A stretch of DNA of 64,000 nt from Myxococcota bacterium. Lineage in GTDB: Bacteria; Myxococcota_A; UBA9160; UBA6930. Position 1 is the first letter of the stretch. Every line of letters begins with the position of its first letter. A model generated the notes under the pieces. It did no database searches. It saw only the letters and a list, made by a program, of their open reading frames with translations, and was not told the DNA's origin. Shown here piece by piece: positions 19,045 to 28,854 of this stretch. The translations under genes and the position numbers were made by a program. The stretch is from positions 3,456,001 to 3,520,000 of the forward strand of contig OZ245015.1 of NCBI GenBank assembly GCA_965223705.1. The letters are read 5' to 3'.

Positions 19045-21015
19045 TCAAGCTCCGGCCCCGTTCCAATGCGCGGCAGATCGTCGCTTCATCATCGCGCGGA
19101 AGTCCCGAGTCGTGTCGGGGAGAAGCTCACCGGTACCCCAGTCGACGATGACACCGTACTGGCGCACCAGATCGAACTCGTCGAGTTCGCCGCGGCGAAA
19201 ACGCCCGGCGACCGCCTCGGGATCCTCATCGAGCCAGCCCGAACGCGCGCCGGCGATCCGCTGACGCTCCTCGCGGGTCGCGTCTTCGTCCACGTCGTAT
19301 TCGGCGAGGTCTTCGTCGATGGTGCGGATCACAACGCCGTAGTCCTTGCGCGCGCGATCGATCGAGACGTAACCGTCGGCGACGTCGTCACAAACGCGCG
19401 CAGGATCTCGAAGCAGAGGATCGCCGTAGCCTCCGCCGCCGGCGGTTCCGCGTCGGAACCGGTCGCCCTGCCCGACAGGCACGTCGGAGAACACCGCTCC
19501 GAGGAACTTGTCCTCTCCGTTCCGCTCGAGCCATAGTCCGTGCGGGCGCGCGGGGAGCCCCCCCTCGATCCCCCAGACCACCGAGCGCTCCCGGTCGCAG
19601 AAATACGAGATCACCGTCCCGTCGGACTCGAGAAGCGTGCTGTCCTTGTCGGCGCCGACACCGCCCCGGTAGCGGCCCGGACCCGCGCTGTCCGTCACGA
19701 TCTCGAAGCGGTCCGTCCGGATCGGACACAGGCGTTCTTGACCTTCGACCGGTTGAATCATCAGGCCGACACCGAAACACGAGGCCGTGACACTGTGACC
19801 GTCTCGGCCGTTACGGCCACCCCACCCTCCCGAGAGCCAGTCGTAGAGCATGAAATACGGCTTGCCATCGGTGCGCTGATCGAACCCGCCTGTCTGCAGA
19901 TATTCGAGATTGAACGCACAAGCCATGGCGCGCTCCGGCATGATTCCCGACCACAGCTCGAACGCGCAGTTCATGATCTTCTCGAAGACCATCACGAAGC
20001 CCGTGACGGCTACGGGCCACCGGGCGCTCACGATGCTGTCTTCGGGCGCCACGACATCCACGACGCGGTAGAAGCCGGAGTTGAGCGGCACATCCGGAAA
20101 GAACGTCTTGATCCCCGAGATGACGGCGGCGTAGGTCGCGCCAAAGGCGGAGTTGTAGAGACAGTTGATCGTCGGCGAGGAACCCTCGAAATCGACGACC
20201 ACCTGATCACCGCGAATGGTCATCTTCAGACGGATCGGGATCATGCCCTCTTCGGCCGTCGGATCCTGATCGACGTAATCGATCGTCTCCCAGCTGCCGT
20301 CGGGAATTTCGGAGATGCGCTGACGCACCACGCGCTCGACGTAATCCTGCACCTCCGCCATCGCAGCGACGACGACGTCGCGCCCGTACTTGTCGACCAG
20401 GCGCAGGATCTCCCGCTCGGCGAGACGACAAGCTTCGGTCTGGGCCTCCATGTCGCCGAGAATCGCATCGGGATCGCGGGTGTTCTTCGCGATGAGCTTC
20501 GCCACGTCGGGGCGGCGTTCTCCCTTTCCCCAGATCCGTACCGGGGGAATACGGATGCCCTCCTTGAACATGTCCTTCGCCGTGACGTCGAACGATCCCG
20601 GGACACTGCCGCCCATGTCGGCCCAATGACCGTTGGCCTGTGTCCAGGCGATGAGTTCGCCTTCTGAGAAGACCGGCAACACGACGCGCGTATCGCTGAA
20701 GTGTGTACCTCCGACGTAGGGGTCGTTCACGAGGAACACATCGCCGGGATGGATATCGCCCGCAAACTCCTCGATGACCGCCTTGCAGGTGTAGTGGAGC
20801 GTTCCCACGTGGGCGGCGAGGTCCTGATTGCCCTGTGCAACGGTGTTTCCCTCGGCGTCGCACAATGCGTTCGAGAAGTCGCGGTTGTAGACGACGAAGG
20901 AGTAGCAAGTTCGTCGCACCTGCTCGGCCATCTCGTCGACGACCGTGACAAAGGCGTTGCGAAGGACTTCGAACGTGACCGGGTCGAGGCCGTCGGCATG
21001 GTTCGCGTTCATCAT
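19045..21015 (-). CDS. Hydantoinase B/oxoprolinase family subunit
   Basis: DPVTFEV, NDPYVGGTHFSD, HWADMGG, SAGPGRYRGG and GGGGYGDP. Confidence 0.94.
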   Translation of the reverse strand: MMNANHADGLDPVTFEVLRNAFVTVVDEMAEQVRRTCYSFVVYNRDFSNALCDAEGNTVAQGNQDLAAHVGTLHYTCKAVIEEFAGDIHPGDVFLVNDPYVGGTHFSDTRVVLPVFSEGELIAWTQANGHWADMGGSVPGSFDVTAKDMFKEGIRIPPVRIWGKGERRPDVAKLIAKNTRDPDAILGDMEAQTEACRLAEREILRLVDKYGRDVVVAAMAEVQDYVERVVRQRISEIPDGSWETIDYVDQDPTAEEGMIPIRLKMTIRGDQVVVDFEGSSPTINCLYNSAFGATYAAVISGIKTFFPDVPLNSGFYRVVDVVAPEDSIVSARWPVAVTGFVMVFEKIMNCAFELWSGIMPERAMACAFNLEYLQTGGFDQRTDGKPYFMLYDWLSGGWGGRNGRDGHSVTASCFGVGLMIQPVEGQERLCPIRTDRFEIVTDSAGPGRYRGGVGADKDSTLLESDGTVISYFCDRERSVVWGIEGGLPARPHGLWLERNGEDKFLGAVFSDVPVGQGDRFRRGTAGGGGYGDPLLRDPARVCDDVADGYVSIDRARKDYGVVIRTIDEDLAEYDVDEDATREERQRIAGARSGWLDEDPEAVAGRFRRGELDEFDLVRQYGVIVDWGTGELLPDTTRDFRAMMKRRSAAHWNGAGA

Positions 21016-23049
21016 GCACCCCCTACGTGGAGTCGAAGGTTTCCGTAGGTATCCACTTCTGCCCGGGCGTCGGGTGGCACCACCGTCGTCGTGTCGAGCT
21101 GCTCGATCACGGCGGGCCCTTCGATGAGCGAGCCTACCGTGAGCTCGGGACGCCAGAAGATCGGCGTCTCGAGCGCACCCTCTGCGTTGTCGAAGTGCAC
21201 GGGACGTTTGGTGCGCGGCGCGACGGCGCGGTGAATTGCGTCTCCGCGCGCGAGCTCCGCTTTCGGCGTCGTCCCGATTGCCGTGAGGTTCAGTCTGAAG
21301 ATCTCGATGGCTGCATCGTCACGCCGGAAGTTGTATTCGCGCTGGTGCGCCGCGCCGAAATCCTCCACCGCGGCACCGATCGAGCTGAGCGGAGACGATA
21401 CGGGCACGGCGATCGACCGCCACTGTCCCAAGTAGCGCATGTCGATCGAGCGTTGGAGAACAACGCGCTCGGGTGCAACCCCCTCGTGATCGAGTCGCTC
21501 TCGCGCTTCTCGCTCGAGCCCCGCGAAGGCCGACTCCAGTGCGTCGGCGTCGGCTTCGTCCGTTCCGACGAGGTAGGTCAGCGCCAGGTCGTGTCGAATG
21601 TCGACGAGGAGGCATCCGAGGGCTGAGGTCACCCCCGGATAAGGAGGCACGATCACCGTCGGGATCGCGAGCTCTCGCGCCAGGTCGGCACCGTGTAGAG
21701 CCCCGGCGCCGCCGAACGCCAAGAGCGCGAAGTCGCGCGGATCGTGGCCTCGCATGATCGAGACCAGACGGACGGCATCGGCCATGTTGGCGTTAGATAC
21801 ACGCAAGATGGCACGCGCTGCCTCGTAGGGATCGAGGCCCAGCGGCTGCGCGATTTGCTCGCGAATGGTGCGCTCGGCCGCCTCTCGGTCGAGGACGAGG
21901 TCACCGCCGACGAGCTCGGTCCCCAAGCGCCCGAGCAACAAGTTCGCGTCGGTGTTGGTGGGCAACTCTCCGCCACGCCGGTAGCACGCCGGTCCAGGTT
22001 GCGAACCTGCGGATTGCGGACCACTGCGCAACGACCCTGCCTCATCAATTCCAGGCGATCGAGCCGCCACCGGCGCCGATCGTCTTAACGTCGATGCTCG
22101 GAAAGCAGATCGGCGAGCCGTACTCGATGTACCAATCGCGCGTGATCGTCGACTCGCGGTCCAGCACGATCGACACGTCGCAGCTCGTGCCGCCCATATC
22201 GAGACCGATGGTGTTGTCGAAACCGCAGAGATTGCCGATGTGTCGACTCGCGATCGCTCCGGCGGCGATTCCCGAACCGGCGAGGCGACCGGCGTGCTCC
22301 TCGGCGGTTTGCGGCGTCATCACGCCGCCTCCGCTGTGGAGGAGCAACAAGTCGCTCTGGTAGCCGCGATCCTTGAGCGCTTCGTTGAAGCGCAACGCGT
22401 ATTCGCCCACCACGGGCCGGAGTGCGGCATTCACCAACGTCGTGGAAAAGCGCTCGTGCTCGAAGATCTCGGGCAGCACCTCGGAAGAAGTCGAAATCGT
22501 GACCCCGGGTAGCTCCTCCTCCAGGATGGCCTTCATTTGCTTCTCGTTCTCGGGGTTCGCGAAGGCGTTGATGAAGCACACGGCGACGGTCTCGATTCCG
22601 CGTTTGCGGAGAATGCGGGCCACCTCACGCGCACCCGTCTCGTCAAGCGGCGTTACGATCTTTCCGAACGTGTCGACACGCTCGTTCACCGTGAGCCGAT
22701 CTCGGCGTCGCACGTAGGGCGCCGGATTGTCCTGGTACGCGTCCCACAAGTCTTCTTTCGTCGAACGAGCGATCTCGATCACATCGCGGAAGCCGCTCGT
22801 GACGACCATCGCCGTGCGCGGGAGACGGCGCGTAATGAGCGCGTTGGTCGCCACCGTAGTCCCGTGAGAAAAAAGGGTGACCTCGGCAAGCGAGACCCCG
22901 GCTTTCTCGAGCGATTCGAGCGCCCCCTCAATCGGGTCATCGGGCGTACTCGGCACTTTTCCGATGCGGATCTCGCCGGTCCGCTCATCGAGGATGCATA
23001 AGTCAGTGAAGGTTCCGCCGATATCGACGGCGACACGGAGATGCGTCAC
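21012..23049 (-). pseudogene. Hydantoinase A/oxoprolinase subunit split by a +1 frameshift at 22049-22050
   Basis: DIGGTFTD, HGTTVATN and DMGGTS in ORF 22045-23049. It continues as IDEAGSLRSGPQSAGSQPGPACY in ORF 21012-22070. Coding strand reads TGG-A-ATT-GAT, one extra A. May be a sequencing error. Confidence 0.85.
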
Positions 23050-23132
23050 AGGGATCCTCCTCGGACGGGGACTGAGCGAAGTGGCCAGGATATCTGGTTG
23101 TTCGTACCGGTAGCAACGCGTACTCTCGAGCC

Positions 23133-24509
23133 ATGAATGCGAGCTTCGAGCTGGTCGAAGGAGCGTTCGGCCTGCGCCTCGGGGACGGCGACCTCGACGC
23201 CGTCCGCAGGCTCCTACTCGATCACATTGGGGTGGCCGCCCGGGGCGCGGAACGCCCGAGCGCGCGGGCGGCTCAAGAACTTGCGCGAGCCGCCCCTTCT
23301 ACAGGCCCTTCCCTTCCCATCATCGGATCAAGACAACAGGCGGGAGCGCTCGCGGCTTGCTTCGCGAACGCGGTGGCCGGCCATTCGATCGAATACGACG
23401 ACGTTCACAACAGCTCCTCGACGCACCCCGGAGTCGTGGTGTTTCCGGCGAGCTTGGCAGCGCAGTCCTTTGCAGACTGTGACGAAGACACCTTCCTCCA
23501 AGCCGTGCTGGTCGGCTACGAGGTGATGTGCCGCGTCGGTCGCGCCGCCCGTCCGAGCGTTCAGTACGAGCGCCACTTCCATCCCACAGGAACCTGCGGC
23601 GGCCTTGGGGCAGCGGCGGCCGCTTCGCGATTGCTCGGTCTGTCCATACCCGAAACGGTCTCGGCGCTCGGCCTCGCGGCCACGGTTGCGGGAGGCGGTA
23701 TGCGCTTCGCCGCGGATGGTTCCTCGACCAAGCACTTGAATCCCGCCGCGGCGGCGCGCGCCGGGGTCGAGGCGGCGCTTCTCGCGCGGGCGGGGGCCTT
23801 TGGCGGGGAGGATCCCGTCGCCGGCGCCCGCGGTTTCCTCGAGACCTATTCCGATCGCGTCGACGCGGATCGCCTACTGAACGGGTTGGGTGCGGGTCCT
23901 TCCGAGCTTTCGACGACGAGCGTGAAGGCGCACACCTGCTGCCGCTACAACCAGGGGCCCATCGATTGCCTGCTCGAGATCCGCAACCGCGAGCGTCTCA
24001 GGGCGGGCGACGTCGCGCAGGTGCGGCTCGGCCTGATGAGTGCAGCCGTCGACATCGTGGCGCGCCCGGAATCGCAAAAGCGGAATCCGCAGACCGTCGT
24101 CGACGCGCAGTTCAGTTTGCCCTTCGGCGCGGCCGTCGCTCTAGCCGACGGGTGCGCCGGTCTCGCCCAGCACGATGTCGATCGCCTTGGGGATCCCCAG
24201 CTGAAAGACCTGATGGAAAGAGTCGAGTGTGTCGTCGATCCCGAACTCGATCGGACCTACCCGGAGCAATGGGCTGCTTGGGCGCGAGTGACGACAAAGG
24301 CCGGCGAAACCTTCGGGGCAAGCACGGATTACCCCAAAGGCGACCCGGAGAACCCGCTCGATCGGGACGAGTTGCACGCAAAGTTCCGCGCTCTGACGGA
24401 GGGGATCTTCAGCGAGAAGCGCCGCGCGGAGATCTTCGCGTGTGTGGAACGCCTCCCCCATCCCGGCTCCCTGAAAGCCCTCCTCGAGCGACTTCAAACG
24501 GACGTTTGA
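23133..24509 (+). CDS. MmgE/PrpD family protein
   Basis: HSIEYDDVH, HPG, FHPTG, DAQFSLPF and PKGDPENPL. Confidence 0.92.
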   Translation: MNASFELVEGAFGLRLGDGDLDAVRRLLLDHIGVAARGAERPSARAAQELARAAPSTGPSLPIIGSRQQAGALAACFANAVAGHSIEYDDVHNSSSTHPGVVVFPASLAAQSFADCDEDTFLQAVLVGYEVMCRVGRAARPSVQYERHFHPTGTCGGLGAAAAASRLLGLSIPETVSALGLAATVAGGGMRFAADGSSTKHLNPAAAARAGVEAALLARAGAFGGEDPVAGARGFLETYSDRVDADRLLNGLGAGPSELSTTSVKAHTCCRYNQGPIDCLLEIRNRERLRAGDVAQVRLGLMSAAVDIVARPESQKRNPQTVVDAQFSLPFGAAVALADGCAGLAQHDVDRLGDPQLKDLMERVECVVDPELDRTYPEQWAAWARVTTKAGETFGASTDYPKGDPENPLDRDELHAKFRALTEGIFSEKRRAEIFACVERLPHPGSLKALLERLQTDV

Positions 24510-24876
24510 GCGTGCGATCCTCGTAGGGGCTGGATGGGCCGCAGCGCTGAAGAAGGAAATGATGGCTGCTCCCGACCGCTCTCTTCCCCAAGGCTTCTGA
24601 ATGGCCGGCAATTGGGCGAGATGACGCCGCGGAGGAGCTCATTCTCAAGTTGATGCGCACCTCCGCGGAGGTGATCCTGGTCCTCTCACCAGATCTGGCC
24701 AACAGCGCCGAACCGGTCCGTCTGTCAGATGCGTCTCGACATGCCACCTGCCCAAACCGCGGCGCAGCCCTCGCGTGTGACGCAGGCTCCCGAGAAAACT
24801 ACGTAAGAATCGGCGCCGCCGCCGCGTCTCACGCATGAACCCAGGGGCCGCAGCCCCGCAAGTTGGAGTGATGATC

Positions 24877-25329
24877 ATGAAACGCACCCTCTGCCTGGTC
24901 ACGCTTACGGTTGCGCTTGTGGCGCTCCCGTTCGCGAGCATCGCCGCATTCGAGTACAGCACACCGGGAGTCTCGGGCTATGACCTCGTCTCGTTTCACA
25001 CGGGCGAAAAGCCCCAGCGCGGAAACGGCAATCACAAGGCGACCCACGACGGCGTCGACTACCTGTTCGTGAACGAGGCCAACAAGAAAACCTTCGAGCG
25101 GAATCCCGAGCGGTACCTGCCGGCTTACGGAGGCTACTGCGCCTACGGCGTTTCCGTGAAGAAGAAGTTCGTCGGCGATCCCGACGTCTGGCGAATCGTC
25201 GACGGGCGCCTGTACCTGAATCTCGACACGAAGATTCAGAACACGTGGTCCAAGGACATCAAGGGCAATATCCGCAAGTCCGAGGCCAACTGGCCGAAGA
25301 TCGAGCATGCGGATCCGGCCGCACTGTAG
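24877..25329 (+). CDS. Secreted YHS domain protein (Cys form of the YHS (seleno)protein family)
   Basis: Signal peptide, GYDLVSF, YLPAYGGYCAYG and WRIVDGRLYLN. Confidence 0.88.
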   Translation: MKRTLCLVTLTVALVALPFASIAAFEYSTPGVSGYDLVSFHTGEKPQRGNGNHKATHDGVDYLFVNEANKKTFERNPERYLPAYGGYCAYGVSVKKKFVGDPDVWRIVDGRLYLNLDTKIQNTWSKDIKGNIRKSEANWPKIEHADPAAL

Positions 25330-25337
25330 TCGGCCGC

Positions 25338-25369
25338 GGGAGCGGGGCCATCCCTCCGGCCCTGCTCCC
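25338..25369 (+). other. GC-rich stem-loop between the YHS gene and the sigma factor
   Basis: GGGAGCGGGGCC-N8-GGCCCTGCTCCC forms a 12 bp stem with one G-U pair and no U-tract. Confidence 0.5.
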
Positions 25370-25405
25370 CCTGCTTCCCCGACAAACGCGACCTACGCTG
25401 CCCCG

Positions 25406-26032
25406 GTGACCCGGGAGCCCGATAGCAACGAAGCTTGGCTCGACGCCTTGCGAAGCGACGGACACGAGCAGTCCGTCGCACTCGAGGCTCTTCGACGTCG
25501 ATTGCTCCGTGTCTTGCCCGCCGGGCTCGGGAATCACGGGCAACTCCCCCCGCCTATCTTGGAAGACATCGTGCAAGAATCACTGCTTCGCATTGTCGAT
25601 CGGCTCGAAACGTTTCAGGGGCGCAGTCGCTTTACAACCTGGGCAACCAGCATCGCGATCCGCGTCGGACTCACTGAATTACGCATGCGCCAATGGCGCG
25701 ACGTGTCCCTGGACCAGATGACCGCGGGGACCACCCTGCCGAAGGCGCTCTCCCGGGGTCCGCAAAGCCCCGACGCAGAAGCTGAGCAGCGGCGGATCCT
25801 CGCATCGCTGGGACAAGCGATCGAGAGCGCCCTCACCGAGCGACAGCGCACCGCTCTCGTGGCCGAGATCCGCGGCATGCCCCAAGAGGAGATCGGCCGT
25901 CGCCTCGGGATGAAGCGCAACGCGGTCTATAAGCTTGCCCACGATGCTCGCAAGAAGCTCCGGCGCACACTCGAGGCGGAAGGGATCTCGCCAGATGTCC
26001 TGCGGCATGCTTTTGACGGGGGGAGCGACTAG
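25406..26032 (+). CDS. ECF sigma-70 family RNA polymerase sigma factor
   Basis: EDIVQE, FQGRSRFTTW and region 4 HTH (EEIGRRLGMKRNAVYKLAHDARKKL). Confidence 0.92.
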   Translation: MTREPDSNEAWLDALRSDGHEQSVALEALRRRLLRVLPAGLGNHGQLPPPILEDIVQESLLRIVDRLETFQGRSRFTTWATSIAIRVGLTELRMRQWRDVSLDQMTAGTTLPKALSRGPQSPDAEAEQRRILASLGQAIESALTERQRTALVAEIRGMPQEEIGRRLGMKRNAVYKLAHDARKKLRRTLEAEGISPDVLRHAFDGGSD

Positions 26033-26263
26033 ATGGCTTTATCCGATCGGGAGATCCGGACGCTGGTTTCCGCTGTCGCGAAAACGCGCGACCAGGAGAT
26101 CGACTGCGACGCCTGCCTGCGCGACATGTCGGAATTCGCCGAAGCGAACCTCGTCGGCAGCAGCTTGACGGAAGCGCTCCGATTGGTGCGCGATCACATC
26201 GAGACCTGCCCCGAATGCGAGGAAGAATACCGGGCGCTGCTCGTGGCCATGCGGGGGTGCTGA
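26033..26263 (+). CDS. Small soluble zinc-binding anti-sigma factor (zf-HC2/ZAS)
   Basis: HIETCPEC (HxxxCxxC) plus an N-terminal CDAC. Directly abuts the sigma gene. Confidence 0.85.
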   Translation: MALSDREIRTLVSAVAKTRDQEIDCDACLRDMSEFAEANLVGSSLTEALRLVRDHIETCPECEEEYRALLVAMRGC

Positions 26264-26356
26264 CGCTCCCACCCGGCCCTCCGCGGCTCCGCTCACCAAC
26301 TGGCGCGGGCCACCGCAACGGATCTGAGCTACGCACCCCCCGAGGAGGTGCGTGCG

Positions 26357-27577
26357 ATGACCCCTGCGCTGGAAGGTCTGCGCATCATCGAAGGCTCCGC
26401 CTTCGTGGCGGCTCCCCTGGGCGGTATGACCCTCGCCCAGTTGGGCGCCGACGTGATCCGCTTCGACGCCATCGGCGGTGGCCTCGACTATCACCGCTGG
26501 CCGGTGACGCGTGAAGACGTGAGCCTCTTCTGGGCCGGGTTGAACAAGGGCAAACGATCGATCCAGGTCGATTTGCGCAGCCCGGAAGGGAGGGAGCTCG
26601 TCGTCGGAATCATCACGGCACCGGGTCCCGAGGCGGGAATCTTCTTCTCGAACTTCCCCGAGAGCGGGTGGCTCTCCGACGACATCCTAAGAGGCCGCCG
26701 CGAAGATCTCATCTACGTGAACATCATCGGCAACCCAGACGGCTCGACCGCGGTCGACTACACCGTGAATCCTTCGTCGGGCTTTGCGATGGCGACGGGA
26801 CCGAGCGGCTCGCGTATGCCGACCAACCACGTGCTCCCCGCCTGGGACACCGCGACGGGCCTCACCGCGGCGATCGGCCTGCTCGCCGCCGAGCGACACC
26901 GCGCGCGAACCGGTGACGGGCAGCTCGTGCGCCTCTCCCTCAGCGATGTCGCTTTCGCGATGGTTGCGAACCTCGGCTACTTGGCGCAGGCGCAGCTCAC
27001 CCGCGAAGACCGTGTTCCCGTCGGCAACGATCTGTACGGCGCCTTCGGACGCGACTTCCCCACCGAAGACGGGCGGCGGGTCATGGTGGTCGCCATCAGC
27101 TACCGGCAGTGGACGAGTCTCGCGAAAGCGACGCAGATCGACGACCACCTTCCGGCCATCGAAAAGGCGCTGGGTGTCGACCTTCGCAAGGAGGGCGATC
27201 GCTTCCGAGCGCGCGACGCCATTGCCGCCTTCATCGCGCCTTTCATCGCACGTCACACGCTCGAAGAGCTGCGGGCGATCTTCGACGAACACGCCGTCTG
27301 TTGGGGGCCCTACCAGACCTTCCGAGAGCTCGTGGAGCACGATCCGCGCTGCTCCACGGCGAATCCGATGTTCGCGATGGTGGATCAACCCGGCGTCGGC
27401 CGAATTCTCGTGCCTCGCACGCCTCTGGCGTTCGAAGGGATGGAGCGACGGCCGCCGAAACCCGCACCGAAGCTCGGCGAGCACACGGACGAGATCCTCG
27501 AGGAGGTGCTGGGTCTTACGACACGCGAGATCGGCGCGCTCCACGACACCGGCGTTGTCGCGGGTGGTGCGCCCTAA
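26357..27577 (+). CDS. mct: Family III CoA transferase, mesaconyl-CoA C1-C4 transferase (2-methylfumaryl-CoA isomerase)-like
   Basis: EGSAFVAAPLGGMTLAQLGADVIRFD, SLFWAGLNKGK, AVDYTVN and NHVLPAWD are typical of the Mct subfamily. Confidence 0.75.
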   Translation: MTPALEGLRIIEGSAFVAAPLGGMTLAQLGADVIRFDAIGGGLDYHRWPVTREDVSLFWAGLNKGKRSIQVDLRSPEGRELVVGIITAPGPEAGIFFSNFPESGWLSDDILRGRREDLIYVNIIGNPDGSTAVDYTVNPSSGFAMATGPSGSRMPTNHVLPAWDTATGLTAAIGLLAAERHRARTGDGQLVRLSLSDVAFAMVANLGYLAQAQLTREDRVPVGNDLYGAFGRDFPTEDGRRVMVVAISYRQWTSLAKATQIDDHLPAIEKALGVDLRKEGDRFRARDAIAAFIAPFIARHTLEELRAIFDEHAVCWGPYQTFRELVEHDPRCSTANPMFAMVDQPGVGRILVPRTPLAFEGMERRPPKPAPKLGEHTDEILEEVLGLTTREIGALHDTGVVAGGAP

Positions 27578-28818
27578 GGCCCGGGTTCCTGCGATCCGGC
27601 GGTCGGCCGCGCCACGACGCGCCAGATCAGCTCGTTGGTGTCGTCGGCGACGTACAACGCGCCTTTCGGCCCGAGTGCGAGTCCGGTCATCCTGAACTGG
27701 GTCTCGCTAGCGGCGCCGATGGCGAAGGTCTCGAAGCGCGACGGCGCGCCCGAGGAATCGAAGCTGACAAACACGATCCGGTAACCTTCCTGGGGTCGCG
27801 GTGCCCGGTTCCAAGAGCCTCGAAACGCGACGAAGAGCCCCCCGCGGTAGCGCGAAGGGAAGGCTTCGGCGGAATAAAAGGTCATTGCCATCGGCGCCCA
27901 GTGCGCGGGGAACGCCAGCGCAGGCGCTTCGGCGTCGCCGCACCGACCGACCTTCTCGCCGTCACCGCCGTATTCCGGGGCCAGCACCTTGCGGCCCTCG
28001 ATGCCGTCGAAATAGCAGTAGGGCCACCCGAAATCGCCACCGCGCGTGAGACGCACGAGCTCCTCTGCCGGTAGCTCCGCGTTGGCTTGCGCGGAAAAGC
28101 CCCAAAGTGACGCGAGCTGATCCCGTCCGTTGACTGCGCCCCAAAGCGACCCGTCAGCAGGTCGCACCGCCATGGCGAGGGTATGCCGCAGGCCGAGCGC
28201 GAAGCGTCCCGACGCGTTGTGTCGCTGTCCCGGCCGGTCCGCGGCGTACTTCCAGATACCGGCCTGCAAATCGCGCTGCGGACAGGGATCGAGTCCGGGC
28301 GAACCCGGTGTTCGCGAGCTCTTCTGGCAGGCGTTCGAAGGAGCGCCCACCGAGACGTAGAGCGCTCCGTCGGGACCGAGGACGATGGCCTTCTCGCGGT
28401 GGCTGCGCTGCTCGGGGAATCCGCTGACCACGACCTCACTCTTCGATCGCGGTGTCAGCTGCCCGGTTTTCCACGGCCACCGCAGCACCGCATCGTGCGC
28501 AGCGTAATAGAGGTGGTGCGTCGAGAGCGCGATCCCGTGGCCACTGCCGCGGCCGAAACGATGCCGCTCATCCGCTCGGCCGTCCCCCGTGGTGTCGCGC
28601 AGGGCCATGACACCACCCGAATGCCGACCGCGTGCTCGCAGCGCGGCAAACACGTCGCCGTTTTCTGCCACGGCGAGATTGCGGACGGGCCCCGTATCCG
28701 TCGCAAAGACCTTCGCGCAAAAACCGTCTGGGAGCTTGAGGCCTCCATCATCGGTATCGCACGGGCTGGCGTGGGCCACCTCTACCTGAGCGAACGCAGC
28801 GAGAAGGCACAAGCGCAC
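27574..28818 (-). CDS. Secreted PQQ-dependent sugar/sorbosone dehydrogenase-like beta-propeller
   Basis: LKLPDGF, SVGAPSNAC, DFGWPYCY, HWAP and FRGSWNRAP. GTG start inferred. Confidence 0.85.
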   Translation of the reverse strand: MRLCLLAAFAQVEVAHASPCDTDDGGLKLPDGFCAKVFATDTGPVRNLAVAENGDVFAALRARGRHSGGVMALRDTTGDGRADERHRFGRGSGHGIALSTHHLYYAAHDAVLRWPWKTGQLTPRSKSEVVVSGFPEQRSHREKAIVLGPDGALYVSVGAPSNACQKSSRTPGSPGLDPCPQRDLQAGIWKYAADRPGQRHNASGRFALGLRHTLAMAVRPADGSLWGAVNGRDQLASLWGFSAQANAELPAEELVRLTRGGDFGWPYCYFDGIEGRKVLAPEYGGDGEKVGRCGDAEAPALAFPAHWAPMAMTFYSAEAFPSRYRGGLFVAFRGSWNRAPRPQEGYRIVFVSFDSSGAPSRFETFAIGAASETQFRMTGLALGPKGALYVADDTNELIWRVVARPTAGSQEPGP

Positions 28819-28854
28819 AGCAGAGGCTAGTTTCGATAGGAGAGGAGATCGACG

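Noticed and set aside
22045..22047. TGA ending the 5' half of hydantoinase A as a Sec or read-through codon
   Set aside because: Homology continues in a different frame, so this is an indel and not read-through.
25126..25150. Possible second selenoprotein (YHS family GGYUAYG)
   Set aside because: The codon is TGC (Cys), and there is no in-frame TGA.
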